Source of the DNA: Vicugna vicugna
Lineage: Eukaryota
Reading direction: 5' to 3'
DNA length: 64,000 nt
Assembly: GCA_013265495.1 (NCBI GenBank)
Contig: MU062470.1
Span: 186,001-250,000 of the forward strand
The notes beneath the pieces were generated by a model. It was not told the origin of the DNA. It did not search any database and saw nothing but the letters and a program-made list of their open reading frames with translations. A program made the position numbers and the translations under genes. Positions within the stretch are counted from its first letter, which is position 1. Each line of letters opens with the position of its first letter. This document shows positions 49,936 to 64,000 of this stretch, one piece after another.

Positions 49936-51969
49936 ACTTCCTGTCGCCGTCGTGTGAGTTGTTTCTGGTGGTTTTAGTGTTCCTCTTCTAGGGTCGGGGC
50001 TGAGAACAGGCAGAAGTAGCCCGCTGTTTTGCTCCATCCACTCCGGCCCCGTCTCTGTGTGGACAGAGGAAAGTCGTGGGTGAGGAAATGGCTCTGGCAG
50101 ATCAGAACCCGCAGAGAGAGGCCCTCTCTGGGTCCCACCAGCAACCCGGCCCCGGGGTCCTGCCCCAGCCTCTCCTGCACCAGTTCTGTTCTTCGAGGAC
50201 CACCGAGATGACCTGACGCAGACAGACAGACAGTGGGATGGGTTAGGGAGACAGCCCACACCTCTGGTCGGAATAAAGGAGAACTACAGGGGCTTCGGAG
50301 GATGGGCGATCATGCCTGCTCACTGGGCAGAGGTCCGACTTGACGTAAACGGGAGAGGATGTCATAACCCTGGAGCCCACAGCGAAAGGCTGTCTTATAT
50401 TTTTCCTGATGAATGAGTGAAGAGGAAACAGGCCTTACTGTCAGCTGAATGCCCAGCAGCTCAACCTGTTTGTGGTTAAACAGCGGTGGGGCTGTGGATC
50501 TCTGTCGGCCGTAAACCTGCAGCCGCTGATGAAAGGTGTCAGTGGTGCAGTTTGTTTAGCAGGTCCCGAGGCGGGTGTAGCACCAAGCTCACACCTTTCG
50601 TTACAGGACAAGACAGCCAAGTGAGTGTCAGGCCTGGGGGCCTGTGTCCAGGTTGGGGAGCCATCTGGGGACCCGTGCAGTGCATGATCTGCTGTCTTTC
50701 GGCACTTCTGAAAGCTCTTACTTCTGTCACTGTGTATGTGGGAACTCAGTTGTGAGTTGATGAAACTTGAATTTTCTTAGCTCAGATCAGATGGCACTGC
50801 TGGTGTAGGCCTGCTCTCCAGACAAAACAAGACTGCATTCAGCTCGAATCCAAGCTGAATGAAGCTCTCCTCTGTGCTGCAGAAGCGGCTGGCCTGGTTG
50901 TGGCGGCTCGGAGTGCGGAAGGGTTCCAGGGGCCGAGCCCTGCACCTGCGCTCACGACAGCCTCCACCCAGGAGGGCGTCCGTCGTCCGCAGCCTGAGAG
51001 CCACTGTGCGCGGCAGACCAGACTCGGCCTCCTCGTTCCGGAGGCCACCGCGTCCCGGAGGCTTCCTGTGAAAAGTGTTGCCCGCGGTCCATTAGGTCCC
51101 ATTGTGACACAGATACTGACATAGAGCCCTAGTTTTAATGAGAAAGAGCACCCGGGACTTGTGGGTATGTTACAAATGAATTTCAAAACTCCCAACCTGC
51201 CAGCTAAAAATCTCAAGTTTGTTATAACGGGTGCTGTCCCTTGAACAGCATTTGCCTGTGAGCTGGTGGAAAGCCTGTCTCCACCCTCCATGCCCTCCTG
51301 AGCCGTGGGTCCTGGCCCAGGCACTGCTCTGCCTTGCAGGGTGTGACACCAGTGCCTTGGGGGACCCGGGTCCAGTTACTGTGACAGCCATGTGGGGCCC
51401 GGCGCCAGTGGTCGCCCCACCCCTGGGGTCACCTTCACAGAAGGGCCACAAGGTGCCCCCCTCCCCCCGTGGGGGACAGGACTCAGCTGACTTCTAGTCT
51501 TGTCCTGGCTGAAGGTAAGGGTGGGTCCCAAGGGTTACTGTTCCCTCTGCCGTGACGGCTTCGTGTTCCAAGTGAGCTCATGAGCCCCAGGCCGCCTGCC
51601 TCCCAGGCCAGGTGGAGCGCGTGTCCTGAGGTGCTGGTCACACCCGAGAGCTGCCAGCGCTGAGGCTCCTTCGCTGGGGTCCCCATCGCTGTTTGTGGGA
51701 CCGAGCACAGCCTGCGACCTGCCACTGCGCATCCTCGGGGACCAGCCTCCTTTCATGGCTTGTTGCTTGGTTGGTGAGATGGAAGCTGTTTATCTAGGTT
51801 GCACACTTGCGGTGAGGATTATACTTTACACTTAATTTTCCAGGGAGTGGAAAGACTTATTACATTAAGATTACCTTAGTTTAAAACTTAGGTTTCAATT
51901 CTTTTTTCAAAAAATTTTACCATCAAACGTTACATAAAGCATACATTTGGAGACAAAAGAATACAAAAT

Positions 51970-52007
51970 AACACATTGTAAATCGACTATACTTCAGTTT
52001 AAAAAAA
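51970..52007 (+). mobile_element. Ultra-short L1 3' stub
   Basis: aacacattgtaaatcgactatacttcagtttaaaaaaa, same terminus as 28406 and 60690; no clear TSD. Confidence 0.65.
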
Positions 52008-52039
52008 GACAGATTATTGCATGTCAGAGTTGTTTCAGA

Positions 52040-52930
<891 letters not shown>

Positions 52931-53639
52931 GGCGCGGCCTCCTGTTCTCAGCTCCCTCCTGTCCCTGCTGACTGGCCTCCTGATTTTCAGCACCAGTCTC
53001 TCGAGTCCCACTCGCATGGAACCTCATTTCTTCTCTCTGGCCCGCAGAGGACCTGGCTGCTCTGCCCTTGGAAGCAGCACCACTGGCTGCTTTACCAGAC
53101 AGCGTCCTGTTTGTTCTGTCTCTGGAACGTTTTCCTCCCCAGGAGGGCCTTGTGGGACCCTGGCAGGACCTCCTCTGGGGGCCCTGGGGCCGCCCTGCCA
53201 CCAGGGTTCAGACCTGGCCCCTCGGGAGTGTCTGGGCGGCCTCCTGGCCTCCCAAAGCGTCCACACACAAATCCCAGTGGGGATGGGGGGGTTCTGGTGG
53301 GGACACCCAACGCCCCTCCCATCCCTGCGGTGGGGGCGCGACACACAGTGAGGGCTGGGGAGAGGGGGCCAGGGGTCCTTGATTGCCTGGACCTCAGGCT
53401 CCCGCTGCTCCTCCGTCAGTAGGACCAGGACAGGTTGCACTTTGCTGAGTCCTTCGAAAAAGCCTCCTTGGAAAGCAAACCCCTTATTACGATCTGGCCT
53501 AACAGTCGCCTGAAACACTCCTCACCACACAGACACTGCAGACAACCTCCCGTGTGTTCAGGGTTCAGGGCACCTGAGGTGTGTGGAGTGCAGGCGAGCT
53601 TCCCTGTGGCATCTGTCTTCGGTCAGGGCAGCCTTGGTG

Positions 53640-53740
53640 GCACAGGCATTTTTTATGGGAGGAAACTGAGGCCCAGTGGGGTGATTTATTCAAGGCTTCA
53701 CGAACAGCCTGGACTAAGATGAGAACTAGGTCTGCTCCTC
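53640..53740 (-). mobile_element. MIR remnant
   Basis: cattttttatgggaggaaactgaggcccagtggggtg. Confidence 0.6.
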
Positions 53741-55004
53741 ACTCCCCACCCCACCCCCAGCTCCTGATGTAACTTGACAAAGGCTTGGGTTTTCTCAGCA
53801 GTTAGTCATCACATTCCGTTCCAGAATGTCTTGCACTTGAATCTGATGTAATAGAATTTTTAAATGTTTTGCGACTTGGTACCCACATGCTGTTCTGCCC
53901 TCGGCACACTGAAGACATTTGGTCTGCTTTTTAGATTTTTATGATTTTCAAAGGATCTAAAGCCAGAATTGAGTATCATAAATCAATTTGGGGGCTTATA
54001 ATTCTTGACTGAAGATTTCTATAAAATAGGCAAAATAATTACCTTGTTTGAAGGACTCACACTTTACTAGAAAACTGCGTACTAATACGTATGTACTGCA
54101 GTGTTTGTATCTGGCTGCGTATGTGTTCTCGCCTACACATGCGGTTGCCATACTTGTTAGACGTGTAAAAAACTAGTCAGAACACTCATTGGACTAGAAA
54201 ATTCCTCATCTCCGTCAGAAGACCCTTTCTTATCCCAGTGCTGAAGTCTCCAGGCTGAAAGGCCACACCTGGGAGCCAGCCAGGAACTGGAGGCTGGGAG
54301 CAAGAGTCTGACTGCGGGGAGCGGAGCTGTGGGGCACCAGGAGGGGCACGGACGGACCCCCGTCCAGACGGAGGTCAGGCAGGGCTCTTGGCTGCCCGGT
54401 CCCGAGCCCCGGCTTCTGTCCACATGTCCTGTTCAGGGCACACTTAGCCTCGGCACTCACTTCTGGATGGAACCAAGGTTATTTAGTGTTTGAGGTCAGC
54501 ATGTTTTTGATATTGAACTCCTATCAGCATTTCTGATTAGACACCATGTTCACAAAATTGCCCCCAAAAGGTGTTCCAAAAAGAGTGGGGTGAAAACTTC
54601 ACAACTTACTTAACTTCAATCATTTAGAGACGTCACAGACGGCGCTCCTCACTGAGCGCAGCTAACAGCAGCACCGCGCATTCCTGGTGCGACACCCCTT
54701 CCTGCCTGCTCCGCTGCCTTCAGGCTCACATCAGAGTCCTGGCTTTCTTTGCTGGGTGCCGTCTCAAGTTCTTTTTTGAAAGAATGGCACAAATGACTTC
54801 AAATCTCACTTTAAAGAAATCCTGAAGATGATGGAGAAGGGGGTATGATTTTCTGCTTATTCTGTCAAACATAAACAGTCCTTTCTAAAGAGAGTGCTGG
54901 CTACAGAACAGTCCGCAGTGCCGTCACCCTGTCTTCCTTCGTAGGGCAAGGTAGAAGTCAGAGTTAGACTCTGAGGAAGCACCCATAGAGAAGGGCAGCT
55001 CTGA

Positions 55005-55154
<150 letters not shown>

Positions 55155-56138
55155 TGAGATGCTTTTTTATTTTTATTTTTTAAGGTTTTTATGAGTTATG
55201 TGTGTTGGTATTGGCAGTTTGGGTTTTGTTTTGCGTCGTCTGTGATGAGAGCTGTTTCCTATTTTCTCTACTTTTTTTTTCTTATAAAGAGATGATGCTT
55301 CCCCTGGGCGCTCTGTTCTGAGCATGTTTGTTTGTATCCCAGGTAACAAGTTAGTTACTGTGACTTAGATTGCTGAAAAAACTTCAGGCTTTAGCTTTCA
55401 AAACTTTACCAACATGCTAGCAGGGAATTGTTACTGTGAATTCTCAGAATGCTTGCCTTCAGGTTTTACTAGGTCACAGTGTAGTTCTTCAGCCTGAACT
55501 CACTCCGCTGGGAGGCCTTGCTGTGCCTTTGTTAGACATCCCAACACATCAGGGTGAGTTTTTTTCTCCGTTGAGAAATGAGACCCTAATCCAGTCTCCT
55601 CTCTGACACGTCCCAGTGCTGGGCTTCCCTGTGTCCTTTTTAGGATGGTTTTTTAAATTCAAGTACTTTCACTGAAGGCCGCATTGTAAGTGGAAGTGAC
55701 CGTCGTGAGTTTTCATTGAATGTTCTCGCAGGTATTTCTGGGAAGATGTGAGTGTTACTGGACACTCTTGGTGTATCTGCATTTACATTTGCAGCTGACC
55801 CCTCTGACTGTCTGATAGAGGCGTCTAGAAAGTAACTTCCGGTTCAGGGAAATGCTGTTTCTGTCGCAGTAGCTAAGTGTCCTCTTGGTGGTGGCTCTGA
55901 CCTCAGCGTCCCTGCCTGGGTCCACCCCGGCGGTACCCACACCCTGAGCAGAGCTGCGGTCACTGTCCTACAGCCGTCCGTCCTCCGGGTTCTCCAGCAC
56001 ACGGTGGTCCAGAGCTGTCATCGTGCCTGGCCCTGGAGGTGCAGGACTGAGACCCACCCCCTGGGAAACTTCACTCCGTCGGCTTCTCTCTCAGCTTCTC
56101 TTGGGGGTCGGGGGACATTCCTCCAGCTGGGTCTGCCC

Positions 56139-56554
56139 GAGGCCGACAGCGGTCCGTCGTCCAGCCCTGCTGTCCTTGTGGGGACACTCTGGTGTCCCAT
56201 CACCGGATCCCACCTCGGGCTGCCCTCGGGATCAGGGAGGTGAGTGATGCCGCCCACTTTCCAGCTGGTCCTTGGTGACCCTCTACCTCCAGGCACTGTT
56301 AGATTAGTTTCCGTGTGTTGATTACCTTAATCTTCCTGCAACACCGTGAGGTAGGATCATCCTAACCCTAACCCTACCGGTGGTGAAATGGCCCAGGTCC
56401 CAGCCCGTGTTGGGAGGTGGTGGTAGGGGAGTGCGGATCCGGACCTGCGACCTCTGGCTGCAGAGACCAAGCTCCTCAGTGCTCCCCAGGACAGGACGCC
56501 TGGCTGAGGCCGACAGCGGTCCATCGTCCAGCCCTGCTGTCCTTGCGGGGACAC
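56139..56554. repeat. Dispersed 49 bp direct repeat (56139-56187 and 56506-56554), 2 mismatches
   Basis: gaggccgacagcggtcc(g/a)tcgtccagccctgctgtccttg(t/c)ggggacac. Confidence 0.95.
56315..56455 (-). mobile_element. MIR remnant between the two 49 bp repeats
   Basis: ttaatcttcctgcaacaccgtgaggtaggatcatcc...gcccaggtcccagcc. Confidence 0.55.
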
Positions 56555-59500
56555 ATGAAACGTGAAATTAATTGGCTCTGGTCGTTCAGATTGTGTCCTT
56601 TAGGCTGGCAGTTCGTTGCGCTGTGTCAACAGCCCGCTGCGAGTCAGGACTGAAGGAGGCGCCCCAGGACTGGTTCTCAGCGGGAGCCCCCCCCCCCCCG
56701 CAGCCAAGCCTTTTGTCCCTCCTGAGCCCAGGGGCTCAGCGCCGTCCGCACATGAATCCCAGCTTGTGTATGGCTCCGTCAGAAGAAAAATATTAGATCC
56801 TTTTCAGTGTTTGACTTTTGGCTGGTGTATTTTTCTATTCTGCTTCTGCGACTGTTGTAACATCTCTCTAAAAATTCTGTTCTTCATATGGAACATTTTT
56901 GTGTGAAGAAACTTGATAGTTTCCACACTGAAACTCACCCATGGAAAGAGAAGACCGTGGTTCAAACTAGAGGTGACAAGGTATTCAGGTTGCACTTGGC
57001 TCCAGCAGTGGGACGCCTGTGCCTGCGAATTTAATGTCCTCCTCGAGGTCGCTCTGCCAGGTCTCGGGTCTCACTAATGCACGGGATCCGCGGCGGGTTG
57101 GGGCGGGGGTGCCCAGAGGCTGCCAGGCCTGCTGGACTCCGCGGGGCCAAGTTTGTGGAGCAGGACCAGCAGTGGCGTCTCCTCTCTCTATGTGCATGCG
57201 GCCAGCCTGCACCCCAGGACAGGAATGTCTCAGCTGATGGCTCAGAGGTCAACATCGGGGTATTCCGATGGGTGAGACTACTGGAGGGCTGTGATATGAA
57301 AACATGAAGAGCTAGTTGGTGTTACTCCTTTAGGAAAATGTAAGTTTTATAGGTGCTTTATCTATTTCATGTAACTACTGACTAGGAAAATGTAACGAAT
57401 TAAGTAGCAACAGATAAAGAAATTAGTTCTTTACCTCTGTGACCAAATGACTTTATTAACGTCACCTCAGATGAACTGCAAGCCAGTCCTTAGAGTCAGA
57501 ACACCATGCACTGTGATACATAAAGAAATCCATGCTTTGATCTTTGAACACCAAGTTGTGCACAGGTGAATTTCACACACACACACACCCCCCCCATTAA
57601 GAGTGGGCGGTCACCAGCTCCGCGCCCCTTGGTCTGAAGGTCTCACTCTGGCAGCCATCTGGGCACCGTGGGCCAGGTCCCTGTGCTGACTCTTGCTCTG
57701 GGCCCAGGGAGCCCCAGGAAAAATCTACAGCTTTTCCAGAAGACCCCATAGTTTTTTCCTCTCAAAACTCAAGCATTTGAAGACAACAAAATGGTTACAA
57801 CAGCATTTCCTTCCTCGGGAAAAAAAAACCCAAAGTGGTCACATGGTGAGACAGGCTGGACTTCCAGTCCTGGGTCTGTCTGCTCCTTGCTCAGTTACCT
57901 GAGGAGGTCGGTTCACCTCCCTGAGGGAGACTGACTTGACTTCAGAACCCTTCTTTCTAACCTGCAGCTTGAAAGTATGTGCTTATCTAGTTTTAAACAC
58001 ATTCACAGCACATTCAGAGACACGTTATTAGCAGAACATTCAGTTCCCTACTCCCCCACTAAACACAAGGTGGCTGGACCCAGCTTTCCCGACTGGCAGG
58101 AACTCTAGGGTGAGCTGAAGTCCTGGTTTTCAGTGTTAAGTTTTCTGGTCTTCATTCTCTACCCCCACAGTGTTCCTCTGGTTTAAGTATCACATTTCCT
58201 AGTAATAAGAGAACTCAGTTTTGGCTTAAAATAAACCATGATGATGTGGCATTTTCATTCACTTTGCTATTTTTAAAAACATATGCTAGAAAAATGTGTA
58301 GGTGTGCGTTGGTGAACATGACCCTGAGCTCAGTTTCTGTTACAGTCATTTCAGGAAAGGAACAGCTTTCTAGAAAGACGAACGTGCAGATGATCTGGGA
58401 ACAGCAGGCGAGTGATGTGTGGCTCCACGAGGAAGCAGGCTTGTGTTCGCTCGCACGAGGCTACTCACCTTCCTTTGCCGACCGCTGTCTTTTACGTTAC
58501 CAGCAGTCCTGAGTGAGTGGCCCTTGTTGAGTGTCAGTTTCAGACTTTACGTAGCTTTAGGAAAAAACTAACACGTTGAGAAACCTCCCTGTTGCCCAGA
58601 CACATCCTGTCTCTTCCCCAAGGAGGCAGCGTTTGGTAAGGACCAGAGGCACCCAGCCCTTCGAGAGCTCACCATGTGTTCTCTGCTTATAAACACGAAA
58701 GGTCAGATTTGAAATGAACAGACACATAATAGGGATCCAGAGAGCTGAAGCTAAGACGAGGCCAGGACCTCCAAGACGTGGTAAACAAGGAGAAAGGGTG
58801 TCAAGGGCCTCCTGGAAAGATGCACTGTTTCACTTTTCTAACTGACTAAGCTTTGGTCCCGAGAATGAGCGCTCCCTCGGGGTGTGGTGTCTTGTGGACA
58901 CGACAGGCAGGTAACGGGACCGCACACTGGGGGCAGGCGAGCATTTTGTGTCACTCTGCAGTGCAGGGTGACCCCTCACCTGGCACAAGAAGGTCAGCCT
59001 TTACCAGGAAGCGAGAGAGCCTTTCTTCTGTGAACTTAACCCGAAGTCTCTAGTACCCCTGGGCCCCCCCTGCCTGCCCATGTTACTGTCAGCGCTCCAG
59101 TGAATAGATTCAACCGGCATAATTTTTGCTAGCAAAGGTGATGAAAAGCCTCTGGGAAGGTACCTCGTGAGCAGAATCTGAATTTGTTAACCCGTCGAGC
59201 GCACACCACGTCAAAGACAACTCAGGTGCCTTTCACCGCGAGCAGTGTGCCTGGTAGTGGCTGTGGGGCAGGTGAGCACGCTCACTGCAGGTCCCTGGGG
59301 GTGTTGACCAAGCCCCTTGTTGGCCCTGGGCAGCAGAAGTTCCTGCCCTCACGGTTCCAGGTACTCTGCTTCAGGGCAGAGTTAGAACAGATAACAGCCT
59401 GTCGGAAGGAGGTCCACTCTGGGGAAGGGTCTGGGGACAGTGGCAGGACAGCCGCTGGATGCAGGCATCAGCAGTCCCCTTATGCAGCCGGGCTGGTCTG

Positions 59501-59971
59501 GGAGGGTCTTGCCCCTTCACAGAAGTGGGAGTCGGGCCGGCGCTACAGAGCCGTTCCTGGGCCCCGGGGGCTGCCCTGTGGCCAGCACCATGCCCTCGGG
59601 GACCGCAGACTTGATCTGAAGTGTAGCTGCCTCACAGCGCTGTCACCGCAGGCCGTTACCAGGTACTGAGTGCAGCCCCCCCCCCACTGCCGCATGGACT
59701 CAGGGAGCTCTGTGCTGCTGTCCACTTTTGGAGGGTTGAGCTCTCTGACTGTCCCTCCACGTGTGGGTGGGGCGAGTCTGCTGACCTGTGCAGCACCAAG
59801 GGGCGTCTGGGGTCTGGCTTGCTCTGAGCTGTTGGAGCCCCTTCTTTCCCAAGTAAATATCCTGTCGGAAGCTCATTCCAAGAAACACAGCAGCAGCTAT
59901 GTTTTCAGACTGTGTCAGCGCCCGCAACTTTCTGATGGGGGTGCAGGCAATATTTTCTCTGGTCTTCTGAT

Positions 59972-60139
59972 TGCTCAGTGGTCTGCAGAGGTGCTCGGTG
60001 CTCAGTGGTCTGCAGAGGTGCTCAGTGGTCTGCAGAGGTGCTCGGTGGTCTGTAAAGATGCTTAGTGCTCGGTGGTCTGCTGAGGTGCTCGGTGCTCGGT
60101 GGTCTGCAGAGGTGCTCGGTGGTCTGCAGAGGTGCTCAG
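59972..60139. repeat. Minisatellite: seven 20 bp units (tgctc(a/g)gtggtctgcagagg) interspersed with four 7 bp partial units
   Basis: Direct reading of the units. Confidence 0.95.
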
Positions 60140-60409
60140 CACAGGTGCTGCTCTTCACCTGCGGTCATGGAGGCATGTTGTCAGCCACAGGCTAGAACCA
60201 GTTGAGAGAAGCAGGTGTCATTTCCTCAAAGCTCTCCACGTGGATTCTTAGCTGACAGCCTGCGGTATAGAGCTCCAGGGGTGAAGGAAATGAGGAGCCA
60301 CAAGCCTCCCAGACAGAGCCGGTGCTGGGGACAGGCTGATGGGTTCACATTTGAGAGTCCACCAGCACACAGACCACGTGAACCAATGGGAGGTGAGCAC
60401 ACTGAGTGA

Positions 60410-60727
60410 CACGAGTCAGACAAACACCATGTGACATCACTAATATGTGGAATCTAAAAAGTGACACAAATGAACTTACAAAACAGAAACAGACTCACAG
60501 ATATAGAAAACGAACTTATGGTTGCCAGGGAGGTAAGGGTGGCGGAGGGATAAATTAGGAGTTCGAGATTAGCAGATACACACTACTGTGTACAGAACAG
60601 ACAAGGACCTACTGTGCAGCACAGTGATAACAGAATGATACGTGTGTGTGTGTAACTGACTCACTGTGCTGTGCACCAGAAACTAACACATTGCAAACTG
60701 ACTATAATTCAATTAAACAAAAAAAGC
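60410..60727 (+). mobile_element. L1 3' UTR fragment with A tail
   Basis: atcactaatatgtggaatctaaaaag...cagaaacagactcacagatatagaaaac...aactaacacattgcaaactgactataattcaattaaacaaaaaaa. Confidence 0.85.
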
Positions 60728-61418
60728 CCCCTGAGAAAGGGCACACCAGAATAGCAGGAGTAGTGGTTTTGAGCAGATTTTAGTTGAAGTGAAACTGACG
60801 TTTGCTCACCAACTCTTACCTGAAACCTTGCCAGAGCGCACAGAGGCAGGAGCACGCCCCCTGGGCTCACTGGGCCGCCTCCTGAAGGACCGTCTGCGAG
60901 ACACCTGGTGCTTCTCTCCCGCCGCCTCTAGGAGAAGCCTTCCCCTTTGACTATTGTGTAACGTTACTGATAACGAAATAGATGAAGGAATGATTATACC
61001 CAAACCTAATTTTCATTTTTACTTAGCAGTTTGTCTTTAAAGTTTTTAAAATAGAATAATCCCTCCTTAATTTGAGCTCGCACGTCACAGGTATGTGAAC
61101 GCCACTTTCAGACTCTTCCACCGCGTCAGGTAAGTCAGGGCGCGTCGAGTAACACGCGCTGAGTGTCTTAACCCCTTTCCGTACAGTCCTGTGTTCAGTG
61201 TGACCGAGCTGGACGGTCAGGAGAACAGCTGAGCACCAAACGTTTTCCCTTCAAGCAGCTTAAACCGAAACAGCTTCAAAACATTCTTAAAATCTGAAAT
61301 CACACCTTCAAAATAATCGGAATTCCAGCACCACCTTCATTTCTGTCTTCTTCCTGTTTGTGCTTGTTTCGCTGCAGGGTGGGACTCTTACTGAGATGTT
61401 GCCGCGACCTGTGCTCTT

Positions 61419-61498
61419 GTTCAGGGGTAGAGCGCGTGCTTACCAGGCACGAGGTCCTGGGTTCCATCCCCAGGTCCTCCAGTCAGTCAGTCAAAGAA
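61419..61498 (+). mobile_element. Camelid-type tRNA-SINE, 5' degenerate
   Basis: gttcaggggtagagcgcgtgcttaccaggcacgaggtcctgggttccatccccaggtcctcc. Confidence 0.8.
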
Positions 61499-63394
61499 CA
61501 CTTGTTGGATGTGAACTAGACTAAGGGCTGCTGCTTTTGCATTGGAGTCGAGTGGACGGGAGAGAGCAGCACTGGTGGTGACGAGACGGGGCCCGGGAAC
61601 CGCTCTCCCCGCTCTGCTGGGCGGTTTCATTGCGCCGGCTGCGGCACTGAGCCCCTCACACACACTGCCTCCTTTAATCCTCTCCATGGTCAGCGGGAAG
61701 CGTCTGCTCTGGGGACGGCTGCACGCCTGTCCGTCTGCCTTCCTCCTGCGCTTTTATAATCTGCAGCACCGAGCTAGCTTGGACTCCGGTGCTCAGACGG
61801 TGCTGCCTTCTCGGAGCAGCACGTCCCGGGACAGAGCTGAGAGGCGGCACGTGCTGACCAGGCCTGATGTCCCGTGGCAGAGGTTTTGTGGCAAAATCAG
61901 AGTTGCTGACCGAGAACGCGTGAGCGCGAGTCATGTCTCACACCTGACAGCACACTGGCTGGTAGGGAGCCGCCTTTTCTTGCACAGCGTGACGGGAGTA
62001 AATGAGGAAAACATGTCCGGGGGTCAGATCTCGAGTTCAGTGGCTGTAGGATTTCAGCCTGGTTTCAGTAACAGGTGGACGGCAACCCAGACGCAAGTCA
62101 GTTGAATCCCTCGTCTCTGGCTTGTTTGGGTTTGTGCTCAGCGCAGCCTCTGAAGCAGCTGGGCGCTTTCTGGAAGAAAGGGATGGGAGACAGCACCTGG
62201 CTTCTCAGGGCGGAGGCCTCCCTTCTGTAAATGCACTGATTTTTGAAGAGGGTGTGTGTGTTTAATGTATGGGTGTGGAGCTTCAAAAGGCAGCATGTTT
62301 CGTAACTCAGAAAGGGAACTGGTGAGTGGAACTGAGAAATCTGACAGTGAAATGGAGATAAACCAACGTGGAAACAGCTGGCCTGGCCCCCCCTTGCTGG
62401 ACAGGCACCCCTCCCCAGGAGGGAGTGACCTCGGGGAGGCACAAAGGTTCCACCCCGGCCCGGGTGCCACAGAGCCGCTTGGTTCAAAGGAGTAGAGGAA
62501 TTTCACTTGCTGGCTGCCATCCTCCTCTTCCTGGGGCCTGATGGCAGATAGTGGGGCCCCACCTCAGGAGAGAGGTGTGGGTGCCTTGGAGCAGCCGGGA
62601 AGAACTTCAAAGTGGAGGAGGGCGAGCCGGTTGCCCAAGGCGCGGGAGAGACGGGGCTGGGATGAGAGTCTGATTTCGTAAAGTCCACCCGAGCTCTTCA
62701 CACTGCCAGGCCAGCCTTAGAGCTGTAATCCTTCCTCAGTCGGCTGGGCTGGGCTCCTGTAATTACTGCAGCACAGAAGGATGGCTGTGAACTTCCGTGA
62801 TGGGGGTGCTGGGGTTCACAGCGCCCCTCTCAGGCCCTTGTCAGTGTGGACAGCCCACTCTCCTGTGCATCCTGGTTGCCAGGATGTTTGCCCACAGGGG
62901 ACGGGGCACAGAAGCTAAGAATCCGGGCAAGTCACAGGCTCCGTCTTAGTACCTTGGGGGGGGTCCCTTCCTCTTTCAGGTCCTGGTAAAGGGCGCGTAA
63001 CGTGCCAGGCGCCATTGTCCCCACTTAAAGTGACAGTCAGTGGCATTCAGTGTTGTGTGGTCAGTCTTGTGCACTCTTCCTCCATCCCAGCCATCTCTTC
63101 TTGATAAACCTTTCATCACAGCTGCCATCAGGTAGAAAGTGGATTGAGTCTAGTCACATCTTCCGTTTCCTTCTTTCAGTAGATAAACAGCTCATAAAAA
63201 GCAGACAGCGAGAACCAGGAAAAGGCAAAGCAAGCCGTGACTCCCTTGACCCGTCACCTGGGCCGTACGCTTTTGGTGGGTGTGGGATGAGAACACCCTG
63301 AGCACGTCGTCAGAGACCAGCGCTGTGGAATTCAGCTGGTGCCAAAAATAGGCAGCAGCATCCTTCAACTTTTGGTCTGTGGTCACTGCTCCCA

Positions 63395-63570
63395 GTGACG
63401 GAGCACTTCCCGTGTGTTAAATGCACTTTCTCATTTAGTCCTTATAACAATCTAGCAAAGTAGATGACATTGTACCAGCTTACGATCTTCAAAATCATAC
63501 TTCACTCTACCTTTACCCAGACAGCTCCTCGCACACATGAGTCTCAGGGAGTTAAGTGGCTGGCCTGCAG
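63395..63570 (-). mobile_element. MIR remnant
   Basis: ctcatttagtccttataacaatctagcaaagtag...cagggagttaagtggctggcc. Confidence 0.5.
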
Positions 63571-64000
63571 CTCCCTGCCCAGGCAGTTCCTTCAGGGCGG
63601 CTCACCAGAGCCTTGCTCTAATAATCCTCAGTGCCTCCTTTGGAGGCAGTGAAAGTTTTGTTTAGAAAATGAAGTGTTTATCTTTCCACTCTATTCCTCC
63701 TTGGTGACCCTTCACAGGAAAACTACTGGATGGTCAGAAGAGGAGAAACAGACTGGAATTTTAAGGCATCTGAGGGGCAGTGCAGAGGCTGCCGTGGATG
63801 CCAAATGCAGGCAGGGCCACGCCGCTCCGGGGGCTCGGTGAGGGGGCAGATGCGGCCCTAGGGCGCCGGGGCCAGGATGAGCCACCCACTCATCCTCAGC
63901 CCTTCCTCCTCCTGCTCCGGGAAGGATGGGCTGGCGCCCAGCTGGGCAAGGGAGGGAAGCAGGGGTTTCCGTGGTTTCCTCCCCTGACGATGACCTCCTC

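Noticed and set aside
56362-56378. cctaaccctaacccta, telomere-like hexamers
   Set aside because: Only about 2.5 units inside a MIR remnant; too short for an interstitial telomeric repeat.
59670-60195. ORFs with periodic peptides (STSADHRAP, WSAEVLG)
   Set aside because: Translations of the minisatellite, open in several frames; no evidence of coding.
63192-63386. Minus-strand ORF containing ALVSD, like the MIPEP C-terminus
   Set aside because: Wrong strand, only five residues match and there is no nucleotide similarity to the expected last exon. No plus-strand terminal exon was found in 55144-64000.

Overview
Mammalian genomic DNA lying entirely inside one + strand gene, MIPEP (mitochondrial intermediate peptidase, M3 family zinc metallopeptidase). 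I find 13 consecutive internal coding exons at 2223-55143, totalling 1441 nt. All are GT-AG and phase-compatible, probably exons 6-18 of 19 by analogy with human. They include the HEMGH zinc motif and the third-ligand Glu. The 5' exons and the terminal exon lie outside the window. The introns hold tRNA-derived SINEs of the camelid (vic-1-like) type, so the source is probably a camel or alpaca (inference). They also hold many L1 fragments (dense, rearranged cluster at 42.5-49.9 kb with four N gaps), MIR/L2 remnants, a minisatellite and short duplications. Most six-frame ORFs are by-products of GC-rich, stop-poor intron sequence. The strongest unusual signal is a patchy AT-to-GC shift affecting synonymous sites, amino acids, old repeats and splice acceptors, peaking in an intragenic CpG island at exon 17; GC-biased gene conversion would explain it. 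Other candidates are a decoy acceptor and a poly(A)-signal cluster flanking the catalytic exon, an unexplained ~220 bp segment inside an L1, and a 49 bp dispersed direct repeat. I found no convincing new multi-gene system. Repeat family names and human protein comparisons come from memory, not from database searches.
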